From the NCBI GenBank assembly GCA_004297165.1, contig SCUJ01000011.1, forward strand, positions 128,095 to 192,094: a DNA stretch of 64,000 bases, given 5' to 3'. Shown here in pieces: positions 19,487-32,455 of the stretch. The stretch is from Gammaproteobacteria bacterium (GTDB taxonomy: Bacteria; Pseudomonadota; Gammaproteobacteria; Eutrophobiales; Eutrophobiaceae). The position numbers and the translations under genes are program-made. The first letter of the stretch is position 1. Each line of letters opens with the position of its first letter. The notes below the pieces were generated by a model, which was given only the letters and a program-made list of their open reading frames with translations, ran no database searches and had not been told where the DNA came from.

Positions 19487-20926
19487 ATGGAAACACATAT
19501 CCTCATTCTCATTGTCCTTGCGATCGTATTCGGCCTGTATATGGCCTGGGGGATCGGCGCCAACGACGTGGCCAATGCCATGGGCACCTCGGTCGGTTCC
19601 GGCGCGTTGACCCTGAAACGGGCGGTCATCATCGCCGCCGTGCTCGAGTTCAGCGGGGCCTTCCTCGCCGGCTCCCATGTTTCGGAAACGGTGCGCAGCG
19701 GGATCGTCGATCCTGAGGTCTTCGCGGGGGACAGCACCGTGTTCATGATCGGCATGCTGGCCGCCCTGCTCGGCGCCGGACTCTGGCTGCAACTCGCCTC
19801 CTGGAAGGGCTGGCCAGTCTCCACGACCCATTCCATCGTCGGTGCGATTGTCGGTTTCGGCGCCGTTTATGGAGGACTGGAGGCGGTCCGGTGGGGCGAG
19901 GTAGGCACCATCGCCGTGAGTTGGGTGATCTCCCCCCTGCTCAGCGGGGTCATTTCTTATTTCATCTTTCGCCTGGTCTTGCAGACGATCTTCTATAACA
20001 ATCGACCGCTGCAAGCGGCCAAGCGCCTGACCCCGCTGTTGGTGTTCTGCGTATTCTTCATCCTGACGCTCACCATGGTCTTCAAGGGCCTGAAAAACCT
20101 CAATCTCGATCTCAGTTTTCCGGAGGCCCTCGCCGTGGCGTCGGCGATCGGTCTCGCGGCCGCTCTCATCAGTCTCTGGCTGGTCTCCTTCGTGAAGGTC
20201 GAGCCGCGCCCTGCCGCCGAGGATGCCGCCCATATCGTCACCAATCCGAAACTCATCAAGGCCCTGGAAAAGGCAGCCAAACAACTGGAAAGGGTGAAAC
20301 TGGCCGTGCCGGACCGCCTCAAGGACGATGCCTCCGTGGCCCTGGAGGAGGTACGCCGGCTGCGGTTTGAGGCGCAACGGCATTACAGCTTCCACACCGA
20401 TTCCTCCGACCTGCAGAAGGTGGAACGGTTGTTCGTCTACCTCCAGATCCTGAGCGCCTGTTTCGTCGCCTTCGCCCATGGCTCGAACGATGTCGCCAAC
20501 GCCATCGGCCCCATGTCGGCGGTGATCTCGGTGGCCATGGAAGGGGGCAAGAGCGTCGCCGCCAAGGCCCCGGTGCCACTGTGGGTCCTGGCGCTCGGCG
20601 GCCTCGGCATCGTGGTGGGACTCGCGACCTGGGGCTGGCGCGTCATCGAGACGGTGGGCCGGAGGATCACGGAACTGACCCCCACCCGCGGGTTTTGCGC
20701 GGAATTCGGCACCGCGACCACCATCGTCCTTGCCACCAAACTGGGCCTGCCCATCTCCACCACGCATACCCTCGTGGGGGCGGTGCTCGGCGTGGGACTG
20801 GCCCGCGGCATCGGCGCCGTCAACCTCGTCACCGTGCGCGACATCATCCTCTCCTGGATTATCACCCTGCCTGCGGGCGCGGTGCTCGCGATACTGTGTT
20901 ACTACGTCCTGCGCATGTTGATCTGA
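19487..20926 (+). CDS. pit: inorganic phosphate transporter, PiT family
   Basis: GIGANDVANAMGTSVGS, PVSTTHS, HGSNDVANAIGP, PISTTH. Confidence 0.95.
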   Translation: METHILILIVLAIVFGLYMAWGIGANDVANAMGTSVGSGALTLKRAVIIAAVLEFSGAFLAGSHVSETVRSGIVDPEVFAGDSTVFMIGMLAALLGAGLWLQLASWKGWPVSTTHSIVGAIVGFGAVYGGLEAVRWGEVGTIAVSWVISPLLSGVISYFIFRLVLQTIFYNNRPLQAAKRLTPLLVFCVFFILTLTMVFKGLKNLNLDLSFPEALAVASAIGLAAALISLWLVSFVKVEPRPAAEDAAHIVTNPKLIKALEKAAKQLERVKLAVPDRLKDDASVALEEVRRLRFEAQRHYSFHTDSSDLQKVERLFVYLQILSACFVAFAHGSNDVANAIGPMSAVISVAMEGGKSVAAKAPVPLWVLALGGLGIVVGLATWGWRVIETVGRRITELTPTRGFCAEFGTATTIVLATKLGLPISTTHTLVGAVLGVGLARGIGAVNLVTVRDIILSWIITLPAGAVLAILCYYVLRMLI

Positions 20927-21060
20927 GACCTTTCGTTGTCCTACCTCAAACCGGGTATATTCACAGGAACCCAGCGACACGCTTAGACTAACGCCGTCCC
21001 AGGGGGCCACGACGGCCACGCTCGGGGACAAACCCACAAACCTTATATAAGGAGATAGAT

Positions 21061-21333
21061 ATGGAAATGTTCAAAAAACTTCTGCTGTCCCTGCTCCTCG
21101 GCTGTGCGCTCGCGATCAATGCGGCCGGGACGATTGACATCAACACCGCCGACAAGGAGACGCTCATGAGCATCAAGGGCATCGGCGAGAAGCGGGCCGA
21201 GGCCATCATCGCTTACCGCGAGGAACACGGTCCGTTTAAGTCCGTGGACGATCTCGCCGAGATCGAGGGCATAGGACCTGCCCTCATCGAGAGCAACCGC
21301 GAGATCCTCACGGTCGCAACCCCCGCAAACTGA
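21061..21333 (+). CDS. comEA: ComEA family helix-hairpin-helix DNA-binding protein
   Basis: Signal peptide, IDINTAD, IKGIGEKRAEAIIAYREEHGPFKSVDDL. Confidence 0.9.
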   Translation: MEMFKKLLLSLLLGCALAINAAGTIDINTADKETLMSIKGIGEKRAEAIIAYREEHGPFKSVDDLAEIEGIGPALIESNREILTVATPAN

Positions 21334-21344
21334 TACCGTACTTC

Positions 21345-21390
21345 GGGGAATGACGGCGGGGATTCTGCCCGATCGTCATTCCCCCGTTTT
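21345..21390 (+). terminator. intrinsic terminator after comEA
   Basis: GGGGAATGACG...CGTCATTCCCC then T tract. Confidence 0.7.
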
Positions 21391-21498
21391 TATCCCCCCG
21401 GATCGTCTTGTTCGGATTGTCCGCGCTGGGGTATCCTTCCCCCTCCCGTAAATCCGGCCCGGCCAAGACCGGACCGAACCCCCAGTGGAACCGTCTGC

Positions 21499-23943
<2,445 letters not shown>

Positions 23944-24009
23944 ACCTTGTCAGTTGCCGGCGATAACCGTATCCTGCCCCGACCGGGCGTCCAACACCGA
24001 GCCGAGACC

Positions 24010-24504
24010 ATGCGCGTACCTTATTCTCTTCTGATCCTCACCCTGCTGCTCTCCGCCTGCGGCTTTCAACTCCGCGGGGCCGGCGGCGTCACGGATGTGG
24101 ATCTTGGCGCGGTGCTCGTGCAATCGACGCGGGACAGCCAGATCGCCGACGCCGTCCGCGCGCAATTGCAACTCGCGGATGTTGCGCTCGTGGAGGATGC
24201 CGCCGAGGCCGAACTGATCCTGTCCCTGCACGGCGAACATTTCGACCGCACGGTGCAGAGCGTCGCCCCCGATACGGGCAAGGTCGAGGAATATCTGCTC
24301 ACCCTCGGGATCGACCTGTCCCTCACGGATCGGGATGCCCGCACCCTGATCGCGACGGAACACGTGAGTACGAGCCGCGACTATCCCTTCGACGAAAACG
24401 CCGCCCTCGGGATGTTCAGCCTGGAGGCGCGCATCCGCGAGGACCTCGCGCGGCAGCTCGCTGCCGGCATCATCCGGCGGGTCAACGCGGCCGCCCGGAA
24501 ATAG
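24010..24504 (+). CDS. lptE: LPS assembly lipoprotein LptE
   Basis: Lipobox LLLSACGFQLRG; between leuS and holA. Confidence 0.9.
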   Translation: MRVPYSLLILTLLLSACGFQLRGAGGVTDVDLGAVLVQSTRDSQIADAVRAQLQLADVALVEDAAEAELILSLHGEHFDRTVQSVAPDTGKVEEYLLTLGIDLSLTDRDARTLIATEHVSTSRDYPFDENAALGMFSLEARIREDLARQLAAGIIRRVNAAARK

Positions 24505-25539
24505 ATGCAACTGAAGCCCGAGCAACTGCCGCAACACCTGAAATCCAAGGGGCTCGCCCCGATCTATTGCCTCTCTGGCGATGAACCCCTGCAGATGCTG
24601 GAGGCCGCGGACCTCATCCGGGCCACGGCCAGGGCCGGGGGCATCGAGGAGCGAGTGGTCATGGACGTGGAGAAGGACTTCGACTGGAACCGCCTGCGCG
24701 AGGCCGGGGCCAATCTCTCCCTGTTCGCCCACCGTCGGTTGCTGGAGCTGCGCCTCGGCGACCAGAAACCCGGACGCGAGGGCGGCGCGGCGCTGGCGGA
24801 ATACGCCCAATCGCCGGACGAGGATGCCGTGCTGCTCATCGCCATGAGCAAGCTGGAAAAACAGGCGCAACAAACCGCCTGGTACGGCGCCATCGAGGCC
24901 GCCGGGGTCACGCTCCGGATCTGGCCGGTGGAGGCCGCCGGTCTGCCGCGCTGGATCGTGGATCGTGGCCGCCAGTATGGTCTCTCCATCAGCGAGGAGG
25001 CAGCCCGTTATCTCGCGGATCGCATCGAGGGCAATCTGCTGGCCGCGCGCCAGGAACTGGAAAAACTCCGTCTGCTCTCGGACAAAACGGAGATCGGGCT
25101 GGAAGACCTCGTCAACGCGGTGACGGACAGCGCCCGTTATGATGTCTTTGCCATGCTCAACGAGGCGTTGACGGGCCAGGCGGAACGTAGCCTGCGCATG
25201 TTGCGCGGACTGCGCCAGGAAGGCGCCGAACCGCTGGCCATACACGGCGCCTTGCTGTGGAAATTGCGCCAGGTCGTCCAGGTCGCCGCGGCCGAAACCG
25301 GCGGCATGAACCGCGGCCAGGCCCTCGGCAAATACAAGGTCTGGCAACAACACCAGAAATCCGTCGGCGCTACGATCGATCGCCTGGGCGCAGGCCGGGT
25401 TGCGCGGCTGTTGGCCGAGGCCCACCGGATCGAGCGGGTCATGAAAGGCGCGATCCGGGATGACCCCTGGAATCAACTGGAGAATTTTATCCTGCGGCTC
25501 GCCGGCCTGCGGATCAATCCGTTATTGCCGGCGAAATAA
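24505..25539 (+). CDS. holA: DNA polymerase III delta subunit
   Basis: LSGDEPL, NLSLF, EGNLLAARQELEKL; synteny. Confidence 0.95.
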   Translation: MQLKPEQLPQHLKSKGLAPIYCLSGDEPLQMLEAADLIRATARAGGIEERVVMDVEKDFDWNRLREAGANLSLFAHRRLLELRLGDQKPGREGGAALAEYAQSPDEDAVLLIAMSKLEKQAQQTAWYGAIEAAGVTLRIWPVEAAGLPRWIVDRGRQYGLSISEEAARYLADRIEGNLLAARQELEKLRLLSDKTEIGLEDLVNAVTDSARYDVFAMLNEALTGQAERSLRMLRGLRQEGAEPLAIHGALLWKLRQVVQVAAAETGGMNRGQALGKYKVWQQHQKSVGATIDRLGAGRVARLLAEAHRIERVMKGAIRDDPWNQLENFILRLAGLRINPLLPAK

Positions 25540-25549
25540 TGAACAATCT

Positions 25550-25585
25550 CCCTTCGCCCTCCGGGAGAAGGGTCGGGGATGAGGG
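25550..25585. repeat. REP-like palindrome of the CCCTCTCCC/GGGAGAGGG/GGGGTGAGGG type
   Basis: CCCTTCGCCC-tcc-GGGAGAAGGG-tc-GGGGATGAGGG in holA-proA spacer. Confidence 0.55.
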
Positions 25586-25658
25586 AAACGAAAGATTCCC
25601 GCCGCGCCGGAAATGGCGGATAATCATGCGGGAAAACGCCACCTTATTACACTGAACC

Positions 25659-26936
25659 ATGGGCCATAATCAGGCAATCATCTCCGTCCGGGACTACATG
25701 CAACAGACCGGCAGACAGGCGCGCGCCGCCTCCAGGCTGCTCGCTCGCGCCGCCACCCGGGCGAAGAACCAGGCGCTCGAAGTCACCGCGCAAACCATCC
25801 GCGAGCAGGCCGCCGCCCTGACCGCGGCCAATCGCCTCGATCTGGACGAGGCGCGCAGCGCCGGGCTCGACCCCGCCCTCATCGACCGGCTGGAACTGAC
25901 GCCGGTGAGGATAGAGGCCATGGCGGAGGGGCTCATGCAGATCGCCGCGCTTGCGGACCCGATAGGCGAGATCAGCGGCCTCAATTACCGCCCCACCGGC
26001 ATCCAGGTGGGCCGGATGCGCGTCCCGCTCGGGGTCGTGGGCATCATTTACGAATCCCGCCCCAACGTCACGGCGGATGCGGCGGGACTCTGCATCAAAT
26101 CCGGCAACGCCGCGATCCTGCGCGGCGGCTCGGAGGCGCTGCGTTCCAACCAGGCCATCGCCGCCTGCATCCGCGCGGGCCTCGCCGCAGCCGGTCTCCC
26201 CACGGACGCGGTACAGGTGGTCGAGACCGTCGATCGCGAGGCCGTCAGCGCCCTGCTCGGCATGCCGGAATACGTGGATGTGATCATCCCGAGGGGCGGC
26301 AAGGGACTCATCGAGCGCGTGAGCCGGGAGGCCCGCATGCCGGTCATCAAGCATCTGGACGGGATCTGCCACGTCTACATCGACGACAAGGCCGATCTCG
26401 AAAAGGCGGTGCGCGTGGTCTACAACGCCAAGACGCAGCGCTGCGGCACCTGCAACGCCATGGAGTGCCTGCTGGTCGCGGAAGGGATCGCCGAGACGGT
26501 GCTTCCCCGGCTCGGCCGGATGTACCAGGAGGCCGGCGTGGAGCTGCGCGGTTGCGAACGAACCCGCCGGATCCTGCCCGGCATCAAGGCCGCGACGGAC
26601 CAGGACTACGCCACCGAATATCTTGCGCTCATCCTCTCGGTCAAGGTCGTCCCGGGGCTCGAGGCCGCCATGGATCACATTGCCCGCTACGGCTCGCAAC
26701 ACACCGACGCGATCGTCACTGAAGATTTCACTCGCGCCCGGCGCTTCCTTACGGAGGTCGATTCCAGCTCGGTCATGGTGAACGCCTCGACCCGGTTTTC
26801 CGACGGCTTCGAATACGGACTCGGCGCCGAGGTCGGCATCAGCACCGACAAATTCCACGCCCGGGGACCCGTGGGTCTCGAGGGCCTGACCTCCCAGAAA
26901 TTCATCGTGCTCGGCGACGGACACATCCGCACCTGA
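25659..26936 (+). CDS. proA: gamma-glutamyl phosphate reductase
   Basis: [41 protein letters not shown]. Confidence 0.97.
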   Translation: MGHNQAIISVRDYMQQTGRQARAASRLLARAATRAKNQALEVTAQTIREQAAALTAANRLDLDEARSAGLDPALIDRLELTPVRIEAMAEGLMQIAALADPIGEISGLNYRPTGIQVGRMRVPLGVVGIIYESRPNVTADAAGLCIKSGNAAILRGGSEALRSNQAIAACIRAGLAAAGLPTDAVQVVETVDREAVSALLGMPEYVDVIIPRGGKGLIERVSREARMPVIKHLDGICHVYIDDKADLEKAVRVVYNAKTQRCGTCNAMECLLVAEGIAETVLPRLGRMYQEAGVELRGCERTRRILPGIKAATDQDYATEYLALILSVKVVPGLEAAMDHIARYGSQHTDAIVTEDFTRARRFLTEVDSSSVMVNASTRFSDGFEYGLGAEVGISTDKFHARGPVGLEGLTSQKFIVLGDGHIRT

Positions 26937-26970
26937 TGCGAATCCCCAATCCCGACACCACGCGCCCCGG

Positions 26971-27639
26971 ATGAAGCCGCCCATCGGTCTCCTCGGCGGC
27001 ACCTTCGATCCCGTGCATCATGGCCATCTGCGGCTCGCGCTCGAGGCCAGGACCAACCTCGATCTGGCGGAGGTGCGCCTCGTCCCGGCCGCGGAACCGC
27101 CGCACCGGGAAACCCCGCAGGCCGCGCAGCATCACCGGCGCGCGATGCTGGAACTCGCCATCGCCGGCGTCCCCGGTTTGCGGCTGGATGCCCGCGAGAT
27201 CGAGCGGCCGGGCAAGTCCTACACCGTCGATACCGTCGCCAGTCTGCGCGCAGAGCTGCCCGATCAACCGCTGTGTCTGCTGGTCGGGAGGGACGCCTTC
27301 CTCGCCCTGCATACCTGGCGGCGCTGGCGGGAACTGCCCGAACTCGTACACATCGTTATCGTCGATCGACCCGGCGCCGCCGCCGTTATCGAGGATCGGG
27401 ACCTTGCTGAGATCTACGCGTCGCGTCGCGCCGACGACCCCGCCGCGCTGCATGAGACGCCCGCCGGCAGGATCTACCGCGCCGCGTGGCCTCTGCTGGA
27501 CATCTCCGCTTCCCGCGTCCGCGAACTGCTCGCCGCGGGCGGCGACATACGCTACCTGGTCCCGGACGCAGTCATTCAATACATACAGCAACAGCAACTT
27601 TACAAAGGAGCCCATGAACAGAAAACAAAACAAGATTAA
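26971..27639 (+). CDS. nadD: nicotinate-nucleotide adenylyltransferase
   Basis: GGTFDPVHHGH, SYTVDT, ISASRVR. Confidence 0.95.
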   Translation: MKPPIGLLGGTFDPVHHGHLRLALEARTNLDLAEVRLVPAAEPPHRETPQAAQHHRRAMLELAIAGVPGLRLDAREIERPGKSYTVDTVASLRAELPDQPLCLLVGRDAFLALHTWRRWRELPELVHIVIVDRPGAAAVIEDRDLAEIYASRRADDPAALHETPAGRIYRAAWPLLDISASRVRELLAAGGDIRYLVPDAVIQYIQQQQLYKGAHEQKTKQD

Positions 27640-27970
27640 CAAGGCGCTGGTCAAGGCCCTGGATGACCTCAAGGCCATCGACATCCAGGTGCTCGATGTC
27701 AGCAAACTGACCACCATCACCGACACCATGATCATCGCCAGCGGCCGTTCCGACCGTCAGGTCAAGGCCCTGGCGGACAAGCTGCTGGAGACCGCCAAGG
27801 AACTCGGCCTCGCGCCACTCGGCATCGAAGGGGCGCAGAAAAGCGACTGGATCCTCGTCGATCTGGGCGACGTGGTCGCGCATCTCATGCACCCCACCGC
27901 CCGCGCCTATTATCAACTGGAAAAGCTCTGGACCGCGGCGGAACCCAATGCGGGCGTCGCCTCCACCTGA
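27614..27970 (+). CDS. rsfS: ribosome silencing factor
   Basis: AAGGAG SD then ATG 27614; ALDDLKAIDI, WILVDLGDVVAH, YYQLEKLW. Confidence 0.95.
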   Translation: MNRKQNKINKALVKALDDLKAIDIQVLDVSKLTTITDTMIIASGRSDRQVKALADKLLETAKELGLAPLGIEGAQKSDWILVDLGDVVAHLMHPTARAYYQLEKLWTAAEPNAGVAST

Positions 27971-28440
27971 TGCAGATCAGTCTCGTCGCCGTCGGCCGCA
28001 AGGCCCCGGCCTGGATCAATGAAGGCTTCGAGTCCTATCGCAAACGCATCACGACGCCCTGTCGCCTGCGGCTGATCGAGGTCGAGGCGGTCCGGCGCAC
28101 CCCGGCGTTGAATACCCCCAAACTGCTCGCTCTCGAGGCGGATCGCATCCGCGCCGCGCTGCCCAAAGACATACACGTCATCGCGCTGGACGAACGCGGC
28201 CGGGAATTCGGCACCCGGGACCTCGCAGGAAGGATCGCCGAGTGGGCGCGTCTGGGGCAGGATGTGGCCTGTGTCATCGGCGGGGCGGATGGCCTCGATC
28301 GCGAATTTATCAAGGCCGCCGACGAGACCTGGTCGCTGTCCTGCCTCACCCTGCCGCATGCCCTGGTGAGGGTCCTGCTGGCCGAGCAGATCTACCGGGC
28401 CTGCGCGATCCTGCAGAATCATCCCTATCACCGGGAATGA
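27970..28440 (+). CDS. rlmH: 23S rRNA pseudouridine-1915 N3-methyltransferase
   Basis: IGGADG, LTLPHALVRVLLAEQIYRA, HPYHRE. Confidence 0.97.
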   Translation: MQISLVAVGRKAPAWINEGFESYRKRITTPCRLRLIEVEAVRRTPALNTPKLLALEADRIRAALPKDIHVIALDERGREFGTRDLAGRIAEWARLGQDVACVIGGADGLDREFIKAADETWSLSCLTLPHALVRVLLAEQIYRACAILQNHPYHRE

Positions 28441-29012
28441 CCCGGACGATGCTTTATCTCGCCTCCAAATCGCCGCGCCGCCGGCAGTTGCTCGATCTCA
28501 TCACCCGCGAGTACAAGATACTCGCGGTGGACATACCGGAGGAGTGGGACGGCGTGGCCGATCCGGAGACTTATGTACAGAGGCTCGCGCTCGCCAAGGC
28601 AAGAGCCGGGGCCGCGCTCGTTACTGCCGATGATTCAGTCCTCGGTTCGGATACCGAGGTCGTGATCGATGGACGCATCCTGGGCAAGCCGCGCGATCGC
28701 AATGACGCCATCGCCATGCTCGGGATGTTGTCCGGAAGGACGCACGAAGTCTACACCGCGGTTGCCGTGGTTATTGGTTCGAACGAAGACACGCGGATAA
28801 ATCGCAACCGCATCACCTTCAGGACGATCGAACAACGGGAGTGCGAAAAGTACTGCGACACTGGAGAACCCTTCGGCAAGGCCGGGGCCTACGCCATCCA
28901 GGGTCTCGCCGCAGCCTTCATCACGCGGCTTGAAGGCAGTTATTCCGGTGTCATGGGCCTGCCGCTCGCGGAGACGCGGGAGTTGCTGGCGGGAATCATC
29001 CTCCGATCTTGA
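28437..29012 (+). CDS. maf: Maf family nucleoside triphosphate pyrophosphatase (YhdE-like)
   Basis: LYLASKSPRRRQLL, GSDTEV, GKAGAYAIQG, GSYSGVMGLP. Confidence 0.93.
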   Translation: MTRTMLYLASKSPRRRQLLDLITREYKILAVDIPEEWDGVADPETYVQRLALAKARAGAALVTADDSVLGSDTEVVIDGRILGKPRDRNDAIAMLGMLSGRTHEVYTAVAVVIGSNEDTRINRNRITFRTIEQRECEKYCDTGEPFGKAGAYAIQGLAAAFITRLEGSYSGVMGLPLAETRELLAGIILRS

Positions 29013-29022
29013 ATGCCTTCCC

Positions 29023-30108
29023 TCAGCGCTGCGTGGAGGTCTGCGCCGCTGACGGACAGCACTCCTCATATGGAACAACACCCTTGCGGCTTTCGTACCA
29101 GCCGCGCGTGCCATTGACCACCTTCACCGCCGCCAGCATCACGGGCACCTCGATCAGCACACCCACCACCGTCGCGAGAGCTGCGCCGGATTCGAATCCA
29201 AACAGGGCAATCGCGGTGGCGACCGCAAGTTCGAAGAAATTGCTCGCGCCGATCAACGCCGACGGTCCGGCCACGCAGTGCGGTGAACGCAACGCGCGGT
29301 TCAGCAGGTAGGCCATGCCAGCATTGAAAAAAACCTGCACCAGGATGGGCACGGCCAGCAACACGATAATGAGCGGCGCCGCGATGATCTGCCGTCCTTG
29401 AAAACCGAACAGCAGGATCAGCGTGGCAAGCAGCGCCCCGAGCGAGACAGGCCCAAGCCTGGCGATCACCCGTTGCAGTCGTTCAGCGCCGTCCGCGCTA
29501 CCGAGCAGGTTCCGCCGCCAGAAACCTGCCAGGGCCAGCGGGACCACGATATAAAGCAGCACGGACAGCAACAATGTATCCCACGGCACGACGATGGAAG
29601 AGAGACCGAGCAACAAAGCGACTATCGGCGCGAAGGCGAAGACCATGATCACGTCGTTCAGGGCCACCTGGGACAAGGTGAAATGCGGCTCGCCGCGCAT
29701 CAGATTGCTCCAGACAAAGACCATCGCCGTGCAGGGCGCCGCCGCGAGGATCACCAGGCCCGCGATATAGGAATCGATCTGCGCCGAGGGGAGCAGATCG
29801 CGAAATACCCCGCCGATGAACCACCAGCCGAACAGGGCCATAGTGAAGGGTTTGATGCACCAGTTCACGAACAGGGTGACCCCGACGCCGCGCCAGAAAC
29901 GGCCGACCCCACGAAGCTGCCGCAGATCGATCTTGATCAACATGGGGATGATCATCAACCAGACTAGCACTGCGACTGGCAGATTGATGTGGGCGATCTC
30001 GATGGCGGCAAGGAAATGAAATGCGCCGGGGAAGACTTGCCCGAGACCGATCCCCGCGAGGATGCAGGCGGCCACCCAGAGGGTGAGAAAGCGTTCGAAG
30101 ATGTTCAT
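29023..30108 (-). CDS. acr3: ACR3 family arsenite efflux transporter
   Basis: FERFLTLWV, AAPCTAMVFVWS, GASNFFELAVA, VLIEVPVM. Confidence 0.95.
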   Translation of the reverse strand: MNIFERFLTLWVAACILAGIGLGQVFPGAFHFLAAIEIAHINLPVAVLVWLMIIPMLIKIDLRQLRGVGRFWRGVGVTLFVNWCIKPFTMALFGWWFIGGVFRDLLPSAQIDSYIAGLVILAAAPCTAMVFVWSNLMRGEPHFTLSQVALNDVIMVFAFAPIVALLLGLSSIVVPWDTLLLSVLLYIVVPLALAGFWRRNLLGSADGAERLQRVIARLGPVSLGALLATLILLFGFQGRQIIAAPLIIVLLAVPILVQVFFNAGMAYLLNRALRSPHCVAGPSALIGASNFFELAVATAIALFGFESGAALATVVGVLIEVPVMLAAVKVVNGTRGWYESRKGVVPYEECCPSAAQTSTQR

Positions 30109-30218
30109 ATATCAGTATCCGCGGGATTGATGTTATTCAAGCCTATCATAAGGCATTTTAGCGGGTCTCAGCCCCCCGGTAATTCTGAACGGATACGGTA
30201 CGGGATAACGGCGGAAAT

Positions 30219-30243
30219 AAAAAACGCGCCCGAAGGCGCGTTT
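30219..30243 (-). terminator. intrinsic terminator after hppA
   Basis: AAACGCGCC-cgaa-GGCGCGTTT with A tract on plus strand. Confidence 0.8.
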
Positions 30244-30266
30244 AATATGTTACTTCAAGTAGGGAA

Positions 30267-32303
30267 TCAGGCGATCAAAGGAACGATCAACAGTGCCACG
30301 ATGTTGATGATCTTGATCAGCGGGTTCACTGCGGGACCGGCGGTGTCCTTGTAGGGGTCGCCGACCGTGTCGCCCGTCACCGCAGCCTTGTGGGCGTCCG
30401 AGCCCTTGCCGCCGAAGTTGCCGTCCTCGATGTATTTCTTGGCGTTGTCCCAGGCCCCGCCGCCGGTGGTCATGGAGATGGCCACAAACAACCCCGTGAC
30501 GATGGTCCCGACCAGCAACCCGCCCAGGGCCTGCGGCCCGAGGAAGAAGCCCACCAGTACTGGCACCAGGACCGGCAACAGCGAGGGAACCACCATCTCC
30601 TTGATGGCGGCCTTGGTCAGCATGTCCACGGCGCGGGAATAATCCGGCTTCGCCGTGCCTTCCATGATCCCCTTGATCTCGCGGAACTGGCGGCGCACCT
30701 CGACCACCACGGCCCCGGCCGCCCGGCCCACCGCCTCCATGCCCATGGCGGCAAAGAGGTAGGGCACGAGACCGCCGATGAAGAGGCCGATGATGACCTT
30801 GGGATCCGAGAGTAGGAACTCCACGCTGGTGCCCAGTTCCTCTTCCAGGGCGTGGGTGTAGTCCGCGAACAGGACCAGCGCGGCAAGACCCGCGGAGCCG
30901 ATCGCGTAACCCTTGGTCACGGCCTTGGTGGTATTGCCCACCGCATCCAGCGGATCGGTGATGCTGCGGATCTTTTCGTCCAGACCCGCCATCTCGGCGA
31001 TGCCGCCGGCGTTGTCGGTGATGGGACCGTAGGCATCCAGCGCCACGATGATCCCGGTCATCGAGAGCATGGAGGTCGCGGCGATGGCGATGCCGTACAA
31101 CCCGGCAAGTTCATGCGCGCCCCAGATGCTGGCGCAGACGCAGAGCACGGGACCCGCAGTGGACTTCATGGAGACGCCGATGCCGGCGATGATGTTGGTG
31201 GCATGCCCCGTCTCGGAGGCCTTGGCCACGTGCCGGACCGGAGAGAATTGGGTGCCGGTGTAATACTCGGTGATCCAGACGAGCGCCGCGGTCAGCGCGA
31301 GTCCGATCAGGGCGGTGTAGTAGATATGACGTGATAACACCTCGGTTCCGTCGATGGTGACGGATTCGCCCAGCAGGTGTGTGGTGGCTGGGTAGAAGGC
31401 GATCACGGCCAGCACGCCGGCCACGATGAGCCCCTTGTAGAGGGCGCCCATGATCCGTCCGCCTTCGCTGGTCTTCACGAAGAAAGAACCTATGATCGAG
31501 GCGATGATGGAGACGCCGCCGAGCAGCAGCGGATAGATGACGGCGTTGTCGCCTTCGCCGGTCACCACGAGGCTCCCGAGCAGCATGGTGGCGATCACAG
31601 TCACCGCGTAGGTCTCGAAGAGGTCCGCGGCCATGCCGGCGCAGTCGCCCACGTTGTCGCCGACGTTGTCGGCGATCACCGCCGGGTTGCGCGGGTCATC
31701 CTCGGGGATGCCGGCCTCGACCTTGCCCACGAGGTCCGCGCCCACATCCGCGCCCTTGGTAAAGATGCCGCCGCCGAGACGGGCGAAGATGGATATCAGC
31801 GAACCGCCGAAACCCAGTCCCACCAGGGCATGCAGCGTGTGCTTCATGTCAAAACCGGAATGCGTCAGGATCGTAAAATAGCCGGCGACGCCGATCAGGC
31901 CGAGTCCGACCACCAGCAGGCCGGTGATGGCCCCGCCGCGGAAGGCCACCTGCAGCGCGGCATTGATGCCCTTGTTGGCCGCTTCCGCGGTGCGCAGGTT
32001 CGAGCGTACGGAGATGTTCATGCCGATGTAACCCGCGGCGCCGGAGAGTACCGCCCCGATCAGGAAGCCGATGGCGGTGGCCCAGTCGAGTGCGTAGCCG
32101 AGGGCAAAGAACAGGACCGCGCCGACGATGCCGATGGTCTGGTACTGGCGGTTGAGGTAGGCCGAGGCCCCTTGCTGGATGGCCGCGGCGATCTCGCGCA
32201 TGCGCGCGTTGCCTTCCGGCTGCGCCAGGATCCAGCGCACGGACCAGACGCCATAGACAATGGCGAGGCCGCCGCAGAGCAGAGTGAATGTTAAAGCCGA
32301 CAT
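30267..32303 (-). CDS. hppA: membrane-bound H+-translocating pyrophosphatase, K+-independent type
   Basis: [35 protein letters not shown] (Lys determinant), [11 protein letters not shown]. Confidence 0.95.
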   Translation of the reverse strand: MSALTFTLLCGGLAIVYGVWSVRWILAQPEGNARMREIAAAIQQGASAYLNRQYQTIGIVGAVLFFALGYALDWATAIGFLIGAVLSGAAGYIGMNISVRSNLRTAEAANKGINAALQVAFRGGAITGLLVVGLGLIGVAGYFTILTHSGFDMKHTLHALVGLGFGGSLISIFARLGGGIFTKGADVGADLVGKVEAGIPEDDPRNPAVIADNVGDNVGDCAGMAADLFETYAVTVIATMLLGSLVVTGEGDNAVIYPLLLGGVSIIASIIGSFFVKTSEGGRIMGALYKGLIVAGVLAVIAFYPATTHLLGESVTIDGTEVLSRHIYYTALIGLALTAALVWITEYYTGTQFSPVRHVAKASETGHATNIIAGIGVSMKSTAGPVLCVCASIWGAHELAGLYGIAIAATSMLSMTGIIVALDAYGPITDNAGGIAEMAGLDEKIRSITDPLDAVGNTTKAVTKGYAIGSAGLAALVLFADYTHALEEELGTSVEFLLSDPKVIIGLFIGGLVPYLFAAMGMEAVGRAAGAVVVEVRRQFREIKGIMEGTAKPDYSRAVDMLTKAAIKEMVVPSLLPVLVPVLVGFFLGPQALGGLLVGTIVTGLFVAISMTTGGGAWDNAKKYIEDGNFGGKGSDAHKAAVTGDTVGDPYKDTAGPAVNPLIKIINIVALLIVPLIA

Positions 32304-32410
32304 ATTCTAATTCTCCTGAAAATAAAAACCCGGGGCGGAGTGGCCCCGGGGAAAAATGCGGCGCAAATTGTACTGGTCAAGCCACTGAAAAACCAGCGTT
32401 AATAAGCGTT

Positions 32411-32437
32411 AAAAAGGGGCGGATTTAACTCCGCCCC
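32411..32437 (-). terminator. intrinsic terminator after pfp
   Basis: Minus strand GGGGCGGA-gttaaa-TCCGCCCC-TTTTT. Confidence 0.75.
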
Positions 32438-32455
32438 CTAAATCCATCCTCAAAT

